A DNA stretch of 64,000 nucleotides from positions 1 through 64,000 of the forward strand of contig NMRA01000222.1 in the NCBI GenBank assembly GCA_002633005.1, given 5' to 3'. The notes under the pieces are model-generated. The model searched no databases. It saw only the letters and a list, made by a program, of their open reading frames with translations, and was not told where the DNA came from. This DNA is from Phoronis australis. Its lineage: Eukaryota > Animalia > Phoronida. Below, in pieces: positions 26,582 through 41,400 of this stretch; the stretch's first letter is position 1; the number at the start of each line of letters is the position of its first letter. The position numbers and the translations under genes are program-made.

Positions 26582-27361
26582 TGCTTGAAACAAACGACAG
26601 ATACACGAACACTGTTCTTCATCTCATTAATCGATACGTTACATATATGTGAAACTATTGGAATTTAAGAGGTCTGGAACGCGAAAACTCGTGAAAATAT
26701 CTTGATTAAGGTACCATCTCGCAAGCTGTACTACAGAGTTTTTCACTTTCCCATGTGACGAAATTTTCAGAAAAAATCACAAAACTTCCATGATTTTTTA
26801 AATACGAACGAAGGAGAAACTCTGTAATAGCCACAGAGTTTCTAATTTCACTCCCACTTAAATAAATGCGCGCATGAGCTCTTCGTCATTTGACAACAGC
26901 TGACGGCCATGATGGATATTAACAGGATTATCATGTCCGATTTCACTCCGAAGCAGAGGTCAACAGCACAATACGATGCAAAGGTCACATTTTCCATGTA
27001 AGCGAAATGTGCCACGCCTATGTCTTGCCATACCAAATAAGGAGACGTGCTTTGCCTTGAGGGAGAAAATTTGACGAAGTGACGACCATTTGACAGATCG
27101 TTTTTTAAGATTTGAAATCAAAATAAAAATGCTTTGAGATTCGCAGAAATTCAAAATCTTTATGAACAAACCATAGAAATACTTGGTAAGCAGGTTCAAT
27201 TCTATTTTCAGAGGCAGAGTTAGAGTAACGTAGTTTGGTTCTCGTGTTCCACGTCTCTTAAAAATGTTGAAATAGCGATTATTGTGTCTATGATAGCAGT
27301 GCTCTAGTGGGGCTTATGCGCACGATAAACTACCACTGTACCTATTTGTGTAGCTAAGTGA

Positions 27362-27435
27362 GCACACACACACGCACGCACGCACGCACGCAAGCACGCA
27401 CACACACACACGCACACACACACACACACACACGC
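27362..27435. repeat. (CA)n/(CACG)n microsatellite
   Basis: Direct reading of the sequence. Confidence 0.9.
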
Positions 27436-28747
27436 ATAGGTTATCCCAAATCCAAATACAACATAGGAATACTACTGCCATATCCATCGAAGATTCATTT
27501 CGTCTGAGAATGTCCCACGAAGACCGACCAGACGAAATGAGTTCACGGTAGGATATTGCAGTAGTATTTCTTGTGTATGTGCCTGGGATAACTTTATCCC
27601 ATAGATATGGACTTATTTGCATTATCGTGGCAATACCTTGTTGCCGTATGCTCCGGCTTGTTGTTACATGACGTCATATGTGTGACATGTACGGTAGGCT
27701 GGTTAAGCGACAAGACAATCTGTGAAAGTGTTGAATAACCAGTAAAGTTTTCTTTCCTAATAAATTGATCAGAATTTTCAGTTTGTAAAATATACAAGTT
27801 AAAGCACCGAACCATTCAATAATATCAAAAGTTTGTTGGAAACTTATAAAAATTGAAACATTCCCTGAACCTAGTTGTGCAGCAGTGTGTCGTTTTAGCT
27901 CCAATAATTTCTTAGTTTTCTTGTCTTAGATTCTGGGCTGTAAATAGTTAAAGAAACATTTCCTCTTGTTGATCACAGCATTAGAAAATAACTGGAAACT
28001 GTTCTGATTTGCTGAACATAAGGTAAGGACTGTATCGCAAAAAGCAGACTTTAGTTAGCTGCTGTCGGCAGCGACGGACGGAGTTGAACGTTGCGAGGAG
28101 ACGATTGGCTCAGGAAAACATACTCGTTATTGGGTCTTAATTTCCTGTAAAGACCTTAGTTCCCAGTGTAGACGTATTGTATGCATCCATAATGAAACGT
28201 TTTCGTTAGATTTGAGTTAGATTTATGCCGGGCTTATTTTGTTGGCTCGGGACACTTTACCTTGACCTATTTATGATGACCCAGATCGAAACTTCAGCGA
28301 GGCCCAAAAATAGCCGCCTGATCACCATGCATCGGAATTTTCTGTTTTTAGACCAGTAAAGCTTCTTTTTCAGGAACGACGCCATGGATTGATGATTTGA
28401 GTAACCCAAAATGAATGAGTTCAATCAAATTTGGCGTTACACACGCGAATTTACTCGACAAGGAGACTGCTCCCCAGCCGTGAAATGCGGCTTCAACCGT
28501 TGAATACGGCCTCTACCGTGGTATACGAATTGGCTCTGCAGTGTATTTTCCCGTATTTCACAGTAAATAACGTGACGTATAAATCACCCGTATTTTCACT
28601 TATATGGGATAAATAAGCCTATTGTATTTTCTCATAATATTTTTTATGATCGACATATGTCCCGAATGATATATAGTTCGTGCGTCGCAAGCTCGTTACC
28701 AGAGAGTGAAACCTAGACCTGGGTAGGCGATATAAGGCCATTTATTA

Positions 28748-28835
28748 TGACTAATACAATTACAAGTATGGTCATTTAAATGACAAATACAATTACAAGT
28801 AAGGTGAGTTATATGACTAATACAATTACAAGTAA
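28748..28835. repeat. 33-bp tandem repeat x~3 (atgactaatacaattacaagta...)
   Basis: Direct reading of the sequence. Confidence 0.8.
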
Positions 28836-29389
28836 TAGGTAGTGACTAAACATAAGTAAGGTAAAAAATACTAATCTCTGGTAAGATAGGCAAATGAAAA
28901 GCGCCACAAGAGATGTAGTAAGACAGCTCTAGCCTGTTGTCGAGATATAATGTTGATTCAGTAATGATATCTACCCGTGAAATGAATTTAAAAGTGAAAA
29001 ATTTGCCTTGTGAAAGAATCCAGTATTGTGCGTTACCGAGAGCAATCTTTTCAACTGTCCCGCTCTGGACGGAATGCCTCACGTTTTGATTTTTGCCCGA
29101 CATCCCGCCTCACCATCAAAATGTCTCGCTTTTTGGCATTCGACGAATTTATATGAGCATCAACGCGAAATAGCCCAATTTTCCCGATCGACTACAAAGA
29201 AAAAACTAGATGTTCATGATCGTTCAAGGATTTTTGGTTCACCCACAATTTTTCGTTCGATTAAAAGTAACAAAAAAACGCTGCCGCGTGCATTATGAGT
29301 GTTGCTACTGGTCCACAAAGTTAACAACACTGTCTGGACTTTTACGTGTGTAATTGCGGTTACCATTTCGCCTCTGAGTTTTGCTGTAG

Positions 29390-29990
29390 GAACAGATATC
29401 CTGCTTTTCACCCGGATGTCCCACATTCAACCCAGTAGTCTCGCATTTTTATATCTGAATGGTGACAACTGTGCTACAGATGTTCCAAATAACACTGTCT
29501 CTGTGTCATCGCTTTTCTTATTTTCCACAGTCCACTTTCGTTAGTGACATAACAATCACAAAAATGAGCTCGGTAACGCACACTAAGTGCATGAGAGTCG
29601 ACTAAGCTCGGTAACGCACACTAAGTGCATGAGAATCGACTAATGTCACGGTTCTTAATGAGTGCCAGTCCGCCAATCGTTTGTCGTCAAATCAAATATT
29701 ACATAACATTTAACTTTTTATCAATGCTATTGGTTGATGTCCTGCTTTTTACCGGGATGTCCCAGTTTTCAACCCAGTTGCCTCGTTTTTCATCCTTGAA
29801 TGTTGACAACAATGCTACATCGCTATTGTTATTTTCCACAGTCCACTGTCGTTAGGAACGTACATGTAACACTCGCAAAATTGTGTTCCGAAATCACGGT
29901 AACACACACTACATGTACGTGCATCAACATCGACTAATGTCCCGCTTGTTGATGGGTGCTAGTCCACCGATTGTTTGCTATCATCTTGTC
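29390..29990. repeat. Local tandem duplication (two units of ~300 bp) containing a 38-bp doublet at ~29568-29643
   Basis: tcctgcttttcacccggatgtccca...ttttccacagtccact...ggtaac occurs twice; gctcggtaacgcacactaagtgcatgaga x2. Confidence 0.75.
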
Positions 29991-32900
29991 AATCGAAATA
30001 CTGCGTAACATTAAATATTTTATAAATGCTATTGGTTGAAATGAAAGTCAGCGCAAGGGGTTTAAAGTTACAGCGCGAGTGTGCGGGCTATATCATGCAT
30101 TGTCGCAGATTAAGAGTTTGAATAAATTGTCGCTGGGGTTTCAAACATAAATAAATCATAGAACTTTTAAGCTTAAAGTCCTTGTTGCAAACTGCCCATG
30201 TGGTTCCAGTATCCGAAAATACTTACTACATAAATTCTTATTTTCGACACCCTTTCTTTATATTCTTTTCGCCTTACTTGCCAAAAGCGATTTTGTAACA
30301 GTATTTGACCCTTCTCTCTGAGCGTATGATTACCGGTTGTCATCGGTTATTTCCGTACCCACATTTCCGGCTCATCAGTTCAGGAACTTGTCCTGAACGC
30401 CGCCATTTTTTCCTTGTAACTGAATGTGCTATGGCTTNNNNNNNNNNNNNNNNNNNNNNNNNNNNNNNNNNNNNNNNNNNNNNNNNNNNNNNNNNNNNNN
30501 NNNNNNNNNNNNNNNNNNNNNNNNNNNNNNNNNNNNNNNNNNNNNNNNNNNNNNNNNNNNNNNNNNNNNNNNNNNNNNNNNNNNNNNNNNNNNNNNNNNN
30601 NNNNNNNNNNNNNNNNNNNNNNNNNNNNNNNNNNNNNNNNNNNNNNNNNNNNNNNNNNNNNNNNNNNNNNNNNNNNNNNNNNNNNNNNNNNNNNNNNNNN
30701 NNNNNNNNNNNNNNNNNNNNNNNNNNNNNNNNNNNNNNNNNNNNNNNNNNNNNNNNNNNNNNNNNNNNNNNNNNNNNNNNNNNNNNNNNNNNNNNNNNNN
30801 NNNNNNNNNNNNNNNNNNNNNNNNNNNNNNNNNNNNNNNNNNNNNNNNNNNNNNNNNNNNNNNNNNNNNNNNNNNNNNNNNNNNNNNNNNNNNNNNNNNN
30901 NNNNNNNNNNNNNNNNNNNNNNNNNNNNNNNNNNNNNNNNNNNNNNNNNNNNNNNNNNNNNNNNNNNNNNNNNNNNNNNNNNNNNNNNNNNNNNNNNNNN
31001 NNNNNNNNNNNNNNNNNNNNNNNNNNNNNNNNNNNNNNNNNNNNNNNNNNNNNNNNNNNNNNNNNNNNNNNNNNNNNNNNNNNNNNNNNNNNNNNNNNNN
31101 NNNNNTCTGTCAAAATTTATTCGCCACATTTCTTCAGCAAATTCCATAAAATTGTCCGTAGTTTGATTTTATCAAAATTAAGGCGCGCTGTCGATTTTTT
31201 TATCCCCGTTTGCTGGCTGGTAACAGTACAGGCACTGCTCCAGTCGCACTGACGGCGTTTTCTCGGCCTGGGATCCTGAATGAATTGTACTTCCGGGTTC
31301 GCGGCAAGTTCAAAATGGCGGTGTTTCTTCGGGTGCGAATCGTGTGTGGCGCGTTCATTTAAACTGTTTTCGAGTACGGATCGTGTATTAGTTATGGGGT
31401 AGGTACTTCTTGGATCCTTATAACATCTTCTAACCATGTAATAAGGGTTAACAACGCGTGAGACAAGGACTTTAAAAGCTAAAAACATTGCTCTTGATGT
31501 TGAAATCACCATAAAGAAACCACAATACACGGACCATAATTCTCAAGTGATCTGACGCCAAATGTCTTGCCGGACACAAATAAGAATAGAAATAAATGAT
31601 TTGACACTTTGCTTCCCGTGAAAACAGGAAACACGGTGTCAGAAAACGAAACAAAAGAACGCAAGTCAGTCAAGTCAGTAACGTAAACGGAGTAACGGTA
31701 AGTACAAGGACTCGAACTACAATGTAGCGGCAACTTTTGCCAATGCAAAATGGTTAGACATTTGGTTAGCTGTTTTAACACTGAATGCTTAAACTATACT
31801 GAAGTGAGACCAATTAGTTTGTTGCGTATCAGTGTATTAGTGCAGAACGGTACCTCAAATTTAGACGCAGAATGACGACATAACGGCAGTAATATTCATA
31901 CTCTGGTATTTGTTTTCCAATGAGATGATCAATAGTGTTTATTTGTATGTATAGTGGTTGTTATTGCCAATTATTTACCTGTTATTCGTGGATACGACAT
32001 CTGGTGCTAATTGCAACACGCCACGGTGACTCGCACCCCGGGGTGTAGCCCTATACTTGTCATTGAGTTTCAACAAATGGCTACAAGCATGAATTGATCG
32101 CAGACTTATATATTTGATAGATTTTGTAGGACCATAGATAGAGGAAATGGACCAAACATTCACTGAAATGTTACGAGTTAGTGTTGCAAGTGACAGGCTA
32201 GCCAGATGAGACCCAGACTCTATATGTACATGTATGTTTTGCTGCTCAACCCTCGTTTTGACGAGCAAATTTTGAGAATGGCCTACATGTACATTGTGTT
32301 CGCGTTGGCTGAACATTTTTGTATCGTCACCTGTTATGCCGAATTGGTTTAATAAATACTCGACAATTGTCGTTGTTGACTATGCATATGTATGTGTGTG
32401 TATGTATATGCAAAATTTGTTAAAGACACGACACTTGTTGTTGTGGAATACCTTTATTTCCGTTCGTATTCTCGGAGCAAAGTTCGACATTCAGCAGAAC
32501 AATTGGTGAGGCAGCTGACCAAGAGAAATGATTAAAACACGATATTTCGAAACTTACTTGCTTCGTTCTCAAATGGAAATAAAAATACACAGTACTAACA
32601 CCACAGAGCAATTAAATCTAATAACATACATAGGCGGGTTTAGGGAAGGGCCCAGGGAGCCCGTCCCCCACATTGGCGGCCACAATAAATAAAAAAGGAA
32701 AAGCGTGAGGAAATAGTATGTTCATTAATTAACTACGGTAATTAAAGGAGCATGCCACCCAAAAAACAACCTAATTTGTATCAACTTAGATCGAGTAGTT
32801 CTACTCCATAACGGCACGTACGGTTGCGTTACCTGTCACCTAACAGCAGACTGAGGTGTTGAAATTATCCAATGACGTAATTGATTTCACACGCAGTCTG

Positions 32901-34840
32901 TTCAGCAGTTCACAACACGGGTTACTGGTGTCAGCTTATCGCTTGAATTCATCGTTTTACACCAATAAATCATCAAACTTCGATGTAAAACCCTTAAAAA
33001 TACACAGAGTTCTTATAAAAACGTGCTGTTTTATTTCGCTCTTACGGATTTATTGGTATTTGGACCCGGTCGTAGCCTACAACAGCTCGGCAGGCCAATA
33101 AGGTCCGTAGCAGGAGTTTGGGGTCTGTTCGGAGATAAATTCGAAGTATTTTTCCGTGAGATACAGACAGGAGAACCTAGTCTATGTTGTTTAGAATTGT
33201 GATTTTTTGAGTTCTAAACACGCAAAACGCTCGTTATCCTGGCCAGTGTGAATTGCGCGATTGTGCTTATTAAAAGGACTTTAGTCTCATTTTCTAAGAC
33301 TTTTTGTTTCCCAGAGGCGGACCTTTTTGCTCACTTCTCCACTTTGCCTTCGTTAGAGCCCCCGAGCCCCCATGGGTGCGCGCATGGTCAGGGCAGAAGT
33401 TGTATATTGACTATCATTATTTAAATAATGTAAATATAAATAAAGATTCCCCTAACACCTGGCCGTGGGATGGAAATCGAGTTCATTACCAGCAATATTG
33501 AAACCGTGAATTGCGCATGCGCGAAAATCACTCAGTTAGCCCCCTTCAGAATACATGGGATGCGCAGAAAACACAGCGTGAGGGTCTTATTCATGAATCA
33601 ATCACATTTGCCGATAGCACATAACATAGATAAGTATTTTGTTAAAAACGTGGCCAAGTTTCAGCAAAATTGGAAAAAAATTTATGTTTAACATGGTATG
33701 GCCAAAGTTTTGGCTTATTTTGTCGCTTCGATCAGTGGAATTGCCGCTAAAAACCCGAAAGTGCATGTGAGAAAACGATAATTTTCTACCAAGCCTTTCA
33801 TGTGCGGTTAGTTGCCGATAGACCCAACAGATGTCATTATAATCAAGATTGAAATGTAGGATTTTGAAGAAAATTAGACAAAATTTTGTATTTAACATGG
33901 GGTCGCCGAAAATTGCCAATTTTGGCCTTTTGATATCAGTTTATCGTCATAGACTAGCATTAGTGGGTCTAGTTAATTCGAAGTTTTTGGTTAAATCACT
34001 GATAATATTCACACCAGTATACTAATAAACGTTTTCTCTATATATAACAATTTGATTCCAATGCTNNNNNNNNNNNNNNNNNNNNNNNNNNNNNNNNNNN
34101 NNNNNNNNNNNNNNNNNNNNNNNNNNNNNNNNNNNNNNNNNNNNNNNNNNNNNNNNNNNNNNNNNNNNNNNNNNNNNNNNNNNNNNNNNNNNNNNNNNNN
34201 NNNNNNNNNNNNNNNNNNNNNNNNNNNNNNNNNNNNNNNNNNNNNNNNNNNNNNNNNNNNNNNNNNNNNNNNNNNNNNNNNNNNNNNNNNNNNNNNNNNN
34301 NNNNNNNNNNNNNNNNNNNNNNNNNNNNNNNNNNNNNNNNNNNNNNNNNNNNNNNNNNNNNNNNNNNNNNNNNNNNNNNNNNNNNNNNNNNNNNNNNNNN
34401 NNNNNNNNNNNNNNNNNNNNNNNNNNNNNNNNNNNNNNNNNNNNNNNNNNNNNNNNNNNNNNNNNNNNNNNNNNNNNNNNNNNNNNNNNNNNNNNNNNNN
34501 NNNNNNNNNNNNNNNNNNNNNNNNNNNNNNNNNNNNNNNNNNNNNNNNNNNNNNNNNNNNNNNNNNNNNNNNNNNNNNNNNNNNNNNNNNNNNNNNNNNN
34601 NNNNNNNNNNNNNNNNNNNNNNNNNNNNNNNNNNNNNNNNNNNNNNNNNNNNNNNNNNNNNNNNNNNNNNNNNNNNNNNNNNNNNNNNNNNNNNNNNNNN
34701 NNNNNNNNNNNNNNNNNNNNNNNNNNNNNNNNNNNNNNNNNNNNNNNNNNNNNNNNNNNNNNNNNNNNNNNNNNNNNNNNNNNNNNNNNNNNNNNNNNNN
34801 NNNNNNNNNNNNNNNNNNNNNNNNNNNNNNNNNNNNNNNN

Positions 34841-35810
34841 NAAAAAACGCTACTTGATTGCACGCTAACACAGGACAGTGACTTTGCCCCCGCCAAATAC
34901 GTCACGAGACTAAGCAGCGCTCCAAGCCGGTAATTTTTTGAGCTTCGTTAGAGAACATAAGTTTAATTTTTGGTGTTGAATTATTTGTGAAATTAATCAA
35001 CAATTCATAGAAAACTATCCAGAATTTATTCAGAATAAAATACAGTTCCCTTTTAAAGCCGGTAACGCAGTGATTTATTCATCGCTGGCTTCTCAAATCA
35101 TTTGCACTCAGGAACACTCCAAAGGCATTACAAATTGATCTAATGAGACAGACTTTGTTTCAGTTTTATATAAGTATTGGTTAGGGCGAGAATAATTCAT
35201 TTTGAAACAGAACGCTCAGTAATAAACGTCAACATGGCACTCGCAATCCCCCGCGACTTAGACGAGAACTCATCAGTCCCGACGAAGACTTCGCAGGCGG
35301 ATCGTTAGGTTTCACATGCTATCAGTTCGAACAGGAATACACGGTGATGAAGAAATACTAAAGAGGCGCCGTGAACAAGCTCAGACAACGGAACGTAGGA
35401 ATAGTTATTTGGCAAGCTGGCATTCGTCAGGCACTCACGCGGCTGTCGACGACTGCAGGCCACAGACAAGGAGATGTTTCACGGCCTCATACTTGCTATT
35501 TATAGCGTACTTTTCATTCTTCACTACTGCGATCCACTTCCTAAACATTTCGGACTCTCGAGGAAATCGGAAAACGATATACCCGCTTTCCTCGCAGCTG
35601 CATAGTTCACACAAGCGGGAACGATGCACTGCAACATAGCGGCATTCACTCTGCAGATGAACCACTGACGTCACTAGCGTCGTTTCTCACCTTCCTCAAA
35701 GGTTAACGCGACACCTCTTGGCAAGGTAAGGTCGACCATGTGGGAGGCGATGTGGATATAAACCGATTAATAAGGCAAAAAAGACTAATTAAATCGGGTG
35801 GCATTCTCCT
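34841..35810 (-). mobile_element. Non-autonomous DNA transposon (Kolobok-like) carrying a degenerate THAP domain
   Basis: Minus-strand FRFPRESEMFRKWIAVV...LLVCG (35435-35600) resembles a THAP core, with frameshifted MPLCC upstream. The element ends ...ctcct|ttaa; the other end is probably in the gap. Confidence 0.6.
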
Positions 35811-36049
35811 TTAACTTTATACCTCTGAAACAAGATTTGAAACTGTGAGTTTTAGTTTGTTTCTGCATGAGTGGGGGGGGGGGGGNNNNNNNNNNNNNNN
35901 NNNNNNNNNNNNNNNGGGGGGGGGGGGATGTGGCTGAGAATCGATTTCAAGTTACCGATTCAGACAACCGGCGCAATCGTAACTGTAACTATGATTAGGT
36001 AATGCCGCTCCCGGTCGATATGGGCGTCATATCCACGTGACCGGCTTTG

Positions 36050-36665
36050 GCGCTGCCCACTACCGTCGTCTGTTCCTTTGTGCTATGAAAAAATTACTTC
36101 GGAATCTGAGTGGCGAAGTAGAAACAAAAGCTGCTGGTATAACGTAAATTTTAATCGAAGCCTTAGTGATTCACTCAGAAGCTTATAATTCTCTCCTTGT
36201 CAAACATTAAAATTCAGACGATTTGCAAAGCAATTGCGTAGTTGATGCCAACACGAAAAATGAATTACTGTTTTAAATACAACAACTTTTGCTACGAACT
36301 AGTTACACAAAATGTAAAGCGCGTAATAAACATTACGGAAGGAACCACGTTCATGCGAAAAAAACTGTGGACCATAAACAACTATGTCTCTTATGGCATG
36401 CTAGTTTAGTTGGAGGCGTGGTGGCGCTATGGAAAAGCACCGGCCCTGACAAATAAGTCCTGAGCCTGTGCAGTTTTCGAATTTTCCATTTTACACCTAT
36501 TCTCAGTGTTTTTTCTTTGATAATACTTCAGAAATTAAGGAAAATTCTTGTTTTTAGATGCAAAAACAACCGATTTTCCCCTATGTGCCTTTACAATCGT
36601 ACTTTGCGCAATTGTTTACAAGACAAAATGTTATCCTCCTTTTTGATATTCTAGATCCCTCACTG
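36050..36665. mobile_element. Interspersed repeat, homologous to 42302-42997, ending in a ctagatcc(g)ccactg terminus
   Basis: Shared blocks such as aagctgctggta...ttttaatcgaagccttagtga and ctgtggaccataaaca. Confidence 0.7.
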
Positions 36666-37579
36666 GACATAGCCTACGCTCTTCCTTTTTCAATCTTTGC
36701 AGTATTTCACACCCGCATATGCCGTGTCCCAATATGTATGATACACATTGTCATACGTAATCCACAGTAAACAAACTTGGCTAAGGCCTGGTAGTGAGTT
36801 ACGGTGGTTTCAATACCTTGGCAGGATTACCACGCTGAAATCAAACCATACCGTGAGCTAGTTTCGTTCAAACGCCGTTCTTCAATAGATTTTATGCTAG
36901 TAAGTAGAATCGGACGGTATACATGTACGGTATTTTGCGATGGTTGTTGTGTTGTTCACCCACAATGCTCGAGATGGGCTGTCTTGCTTATGGTTTGCAA
37001 GACCATGGCGGCGTTTGGCTGTAGGGAACCCAACTACCTCAATGTCAACACCAACGTTGAGGCGGGACTATTATTGCGGGAGGAGGTTGTTGACGTTTTC
37101 GTTTAGGACTATCGCCACGATTAGTCTTATGGAATTTCTGGTTGCTGTACCCCCGCATTTGCAACGTCATAGATCCGCCACAGTTTACATGTATATACGC
37201 AACTAACCAGTTGTCATTATGCATGGAATGAATCAAATCCACGAAACAGCTTCTCGTATTCTAGTTTCGTTCTCGATCAACTTCTCACAATGCAACTATT
37301 CTTGGCGATAAGCATAATGATTAACAATTACGGACGTGCATCCTTTGTTTAATTTGCTAATTAAATAAAACGTTTTGATTTCAGGAAGGAGGCGTGTCAT
37401 TTCCAATGCTGTAAGAATGGGTTTCATTGCGTCCCTTCTCTACTTTATGTTCATTGGATATCTATTTTGTAATCAAGTTCAGTTTCTGATGTACGTATCA
37501 CCAAGCCCCTCGCCAAAAACATTTTCATTCGGACAGCATGCACATCACATTCTTTGTTTTCCACGCAAACGTTGCATTG

Positions 37580-38470
37580 CCACCGATCTCTGAACAGGAG
37601 TTGTGCGTCCTTTTCATGCGCTCACATATTTCCGTCATCTCTGGACGTCCATCTGTCTGGGCGTCCGGCATCCGCAGCGGTATCTCGTAAGCCCCTAACA
37701 GGATCTTGATGAGATTTGGCAGATGTGTTTCTATGAAGCTGACTACAGCTGGCGACAACTTTCGGACGGATCCGATTACTGGTGTGCCCCTAGTGGCAAT
37801 TTTATTTTTTTTACGGTTTACCTCTGTATCTTCAAAGGTCCTCATTGGATTTTCATGAAATTTAGATCATAGGCAACAATTAGTGAGATGACGCTATCCT
37901 CTCGCTTTCGGATGGAATCGTGGTATTTTGCGCCACCTAGTGGCCATATTTCTTTTTGAGTCTGTTTTTGGCGTCCGCACCTCTACCTACCAAACCACTC
38001 CAAAGATGATTGTGAAAATTGGTATATTTGTTCTTCACGTAAAAAGGACGGTTGACGATGATTTTCCGGCAACATCGACTTCTGTGGCGTCTTCTAGTGG
38101 CAGTTTTTGCACCCATAGCTGTATCTCCTGAGTATACTCACTGCAGCATCTTTATTAAATTTAGCAAGTGTATTTAAATAAAGTTGACAATGGACGACGA
38201 AGATTTTCAGACGGATCCGACAAATGTTGTGCTCCCTATTGGCAATTTCATTTCTTTCCGGTTTTTTGTGTTTTTCTGAAATTCCTTGAAGGATTTTTCT
38301 GGATTTAAATAAATATAAATAGGTTTTTATTACAGAGGCGATGACATGTTCCCGTTTTCTGATGACTTCGACATATTTTGCTCCATCTAGTGTTCATTTG
38401 TTTACTGTTTTCTAGTCTGTTTTTGGCGTCCACCCCCCCCCTATCAACCAAACCACTTTAAAGCAGAATG
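37580..38470. mobile_element. Interspersed repeat with internal tandem subunits (Helentron-associated/HINE-like)
   Basis: cgtccatctgtc head followed by repeated tatctc...ggattttcatgaaattt...ctagtggc subunits. Confidence 0.45.
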
Positions 38471-41400
38471 CCTCCCAAAAACAATCTATTTTGTATGAAT
38501 TTAGGTCGAGTAATTCCACTCGATAACAGCAAGTACAGTTCATTTACCTAACGCCTGACGGCAGAAGGAGGTGTTGAAATTGACCAATGACGTCACAGGT
38601 TCGAACGCAGTCTGTTCAGCAGTTCACAACACACTTACTTGTGTCAGCTTATCACAAACTATTACATTATATAAAATCAAAAAGTCAGGATGTTTAAACT
38701 TGCACATTTCCATGAAATCGGACCCCAAATTTTTCTAATTCTGCAAAAGTGACATGGAATAGAACATGGGAAATGAGAGGTCCATAGGTGTGATACTGCA
38801 AATGTTATTTCCATAAGATGCGCCAAATTTGTGAATTTACAAGCATCCCCTGGTGGTGAAATTTGGAAGTATTATTGCATAGATTTTAATAATTTAATGA
38901 TTGAAGTTGTAAACTAACATGTAATACCAAACTGAAAATGTTAATTTGATAACACATTGACAATTCTTTCAACAATTCTTTTTAACAAATTCATTTTATC
39001 AATCATACATTTTGCTTTTTGGAAAACTGTGAAAATTTTTAATTTAACAACATAAATTAATGTAACCAGTTTTAGTATGTTATCAAGTTAGACAGAAACT
39101 GGCACTTCATAGTGTTGTGGTTTTCACCACTTAAAAAGAATAGCCTTGATATGCAGTAAAAAAAAAACAATTCCATTTTACGGCATTGTTACCTAGGCCT
39201 CTCCTAAAATGTTGTGACATTTTACGTCGAATGTGCACGTGAGAAATGTGCCGTTGCTACATTTTATGGCAACGTCATAACACAAATAAATGACAAAAAT
39301 CACGAACGAGTGGGATCTGACACGGTCGTCGTTACTCAAGTGTTCAAGTATTTTTGGACGCGGGGTGCTACCCAACATTTGGATACCTACCCACTTAGAT
39401 AGTGGGCTCGGACAAAATTAACCCATTTAGAGAGTAATTTTGTGTAAATCACAATAAGAAATATATTTTCTTTGCCTGTGATACAGAAATCCGTTTCTAA
39501 GTTCAACAATAATGATTTCAAAGTGAACCATAGATTAAGGCCACAAATAACGTGACATCAGAATTACAATTGCCCCAACAGGACACTCACAAGAGTATTG
39601 AAATCTTGTTTTGAAACAGTAATGGTGTCAAATATGATGAGGTTTCATTGAAAGTTGAAATAAACTATAAAATAATTAAAAGATTGAGAGAAAAATTATT
39701 AAAACAAGACGCAATAGAATTAGTGATGATTGGCCGTATATGTGCTGTTATTCTCGACCAAAGTTTACAAAAATAATACAATTTTTGAGGGATATTGTTG
39801 CGCATAAAGGCGGGCCTCCAACAAACAAACATTGTGCCTGTTGTGCATTTATATTGTAACCGACCTACATAGACGTCAATGTACTGTAGTGCAGGTGTAA
39901 CTAGAGTAACACTACACAATCCAGAAACATTCATCAAGAACAGTAGCACCTTACATGAACAGACAATACGATGATAGTGCAGTGACAATAATAACACGCA
40001 TAGGTTATGCTAGGACCCTTAACAATGTTCAAATTTGACAAACGTGCTTTTAAAATGCACCACTTATACATCAAGCGCTGAAAACATTCGGTCTATTTTA
40101 CGTTTATGAAAAAAATCAAAAGTTGTATAAAGTATAAATGAAGTGATAATTCAGAAAATTGTAACTGTTTTTGAGAGTTTATCTTGAGCATCCATATCAA
40201 ACGAAATATGGTAATGTGACTGATACCATTGTTTTCCTTCTTCTTTGACAAAACTTCAATAAGCCGGATACATGGTAATGTCTCCCAAAAATAAAACTTA
40301 TCCAGTTATTAAGTCAAACATAAAATTCTACAGGCTAATTTCAGACAATTTATGATTTTACTATGTTAAGGTTTTCAAATATTTGGCTGCACTGGTGAGA
40401 AATTAATTCTTTCATATGCAGTCTAGAAATGTAACAAATTATGAAATTTCCATAAAAAGCAATAACAAAAGTGAAAAGATTCAGTGGTCCAAAAGCACAC
40501 TTTGTTCTCACCGCTAACAGTGCATTTGCCTCCTGTCAGAAATCTCCATATCACAGTCATAGCTGCTCTTTGCTAAATCTTTTGGATAATTGATTAAGAA
40601 ATCTGCAGGCATTTTCTCGTGTTGGTACACAAAGCTAATGTTAAGCGGGCCAGAGCTTAAAGCCACACAAATGAATCACCAGGTGAAAGTCTGATTTCTC
40701 TGAAAGTCGACCGTATCAGTTGGCGTCCAGGTATGGTATTTAAATGTCGGATTGAATGAGCTTACTAGATGAACGTAGACAATGTAAACATTGGTTTGTC
40801 AACTTTCTCCCCTTGCTATCGCTGTCAAAATGATAACGATATGACTTAAACCGAGTTTCCGAGAACCGAATTCTGGAAGCTCACCTCAACATTGAGGAGG
40901 CATCCCAATACAGCACTAGAAGTAACATAAGTAATACGCTAGAAATTTGTACATACAAGCAATATGCTGTGAACATGTGAAAACTGCACATAGTACATAC
41001 CAAATTGCATAGTAGTCTCGAGCGGTGAGTTCTAGAGAAAACAAATGACCCATTACCGATAATCTGTGGAAGGATCTATCTGCAAAAGTCAGAAAAATTC
41101 CTCCAGAAACAACGTAGATATGGCTCTGCAAAACAAAATATTGAAAAGAGTCCACCACAAAGCAACCTTAGACAGTGATATCAAACACGGAATGACCGTT
41201 ATTGATGCTACTACCAATTCTAGCATTGCGCATTCCGTTTCCATGCATCGGTGACGGTAAAAGCTGCTCTAGTTTCATGTATCAGTTGGTCGTTGACGTT
41301 GTTCCCAAAACAAATATTTTCTGTCAACAACATATTGACAAATTGTATAAAATAAAACAAGTTTGAACGGGAAGACGCGAATACGTGGAAAAGAGGTGTC

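Larger units (their letters stand above)
5290..27300 (+). repeat. Tandem segmental duplication, copy A
   Basis: Collinear non-coding blocks are shared with copy B: 5290-5450~29140-29280, 5700-6380~31480-32310, 7760-7820~37490-37545, 8990-9570~38680-39140, the introns, and 3' flank 26580-27290~62640-63360. Ends are approximate. Confidence 0.8.

Noticed and set aside
31285-31325. ETS + YY1-like motifs (ACTTCCGG, AAAATGGCGG) as a promoter
   Set aside because: The motifs sit next to a gap in probable repeat sequence, with no associated exon visible.
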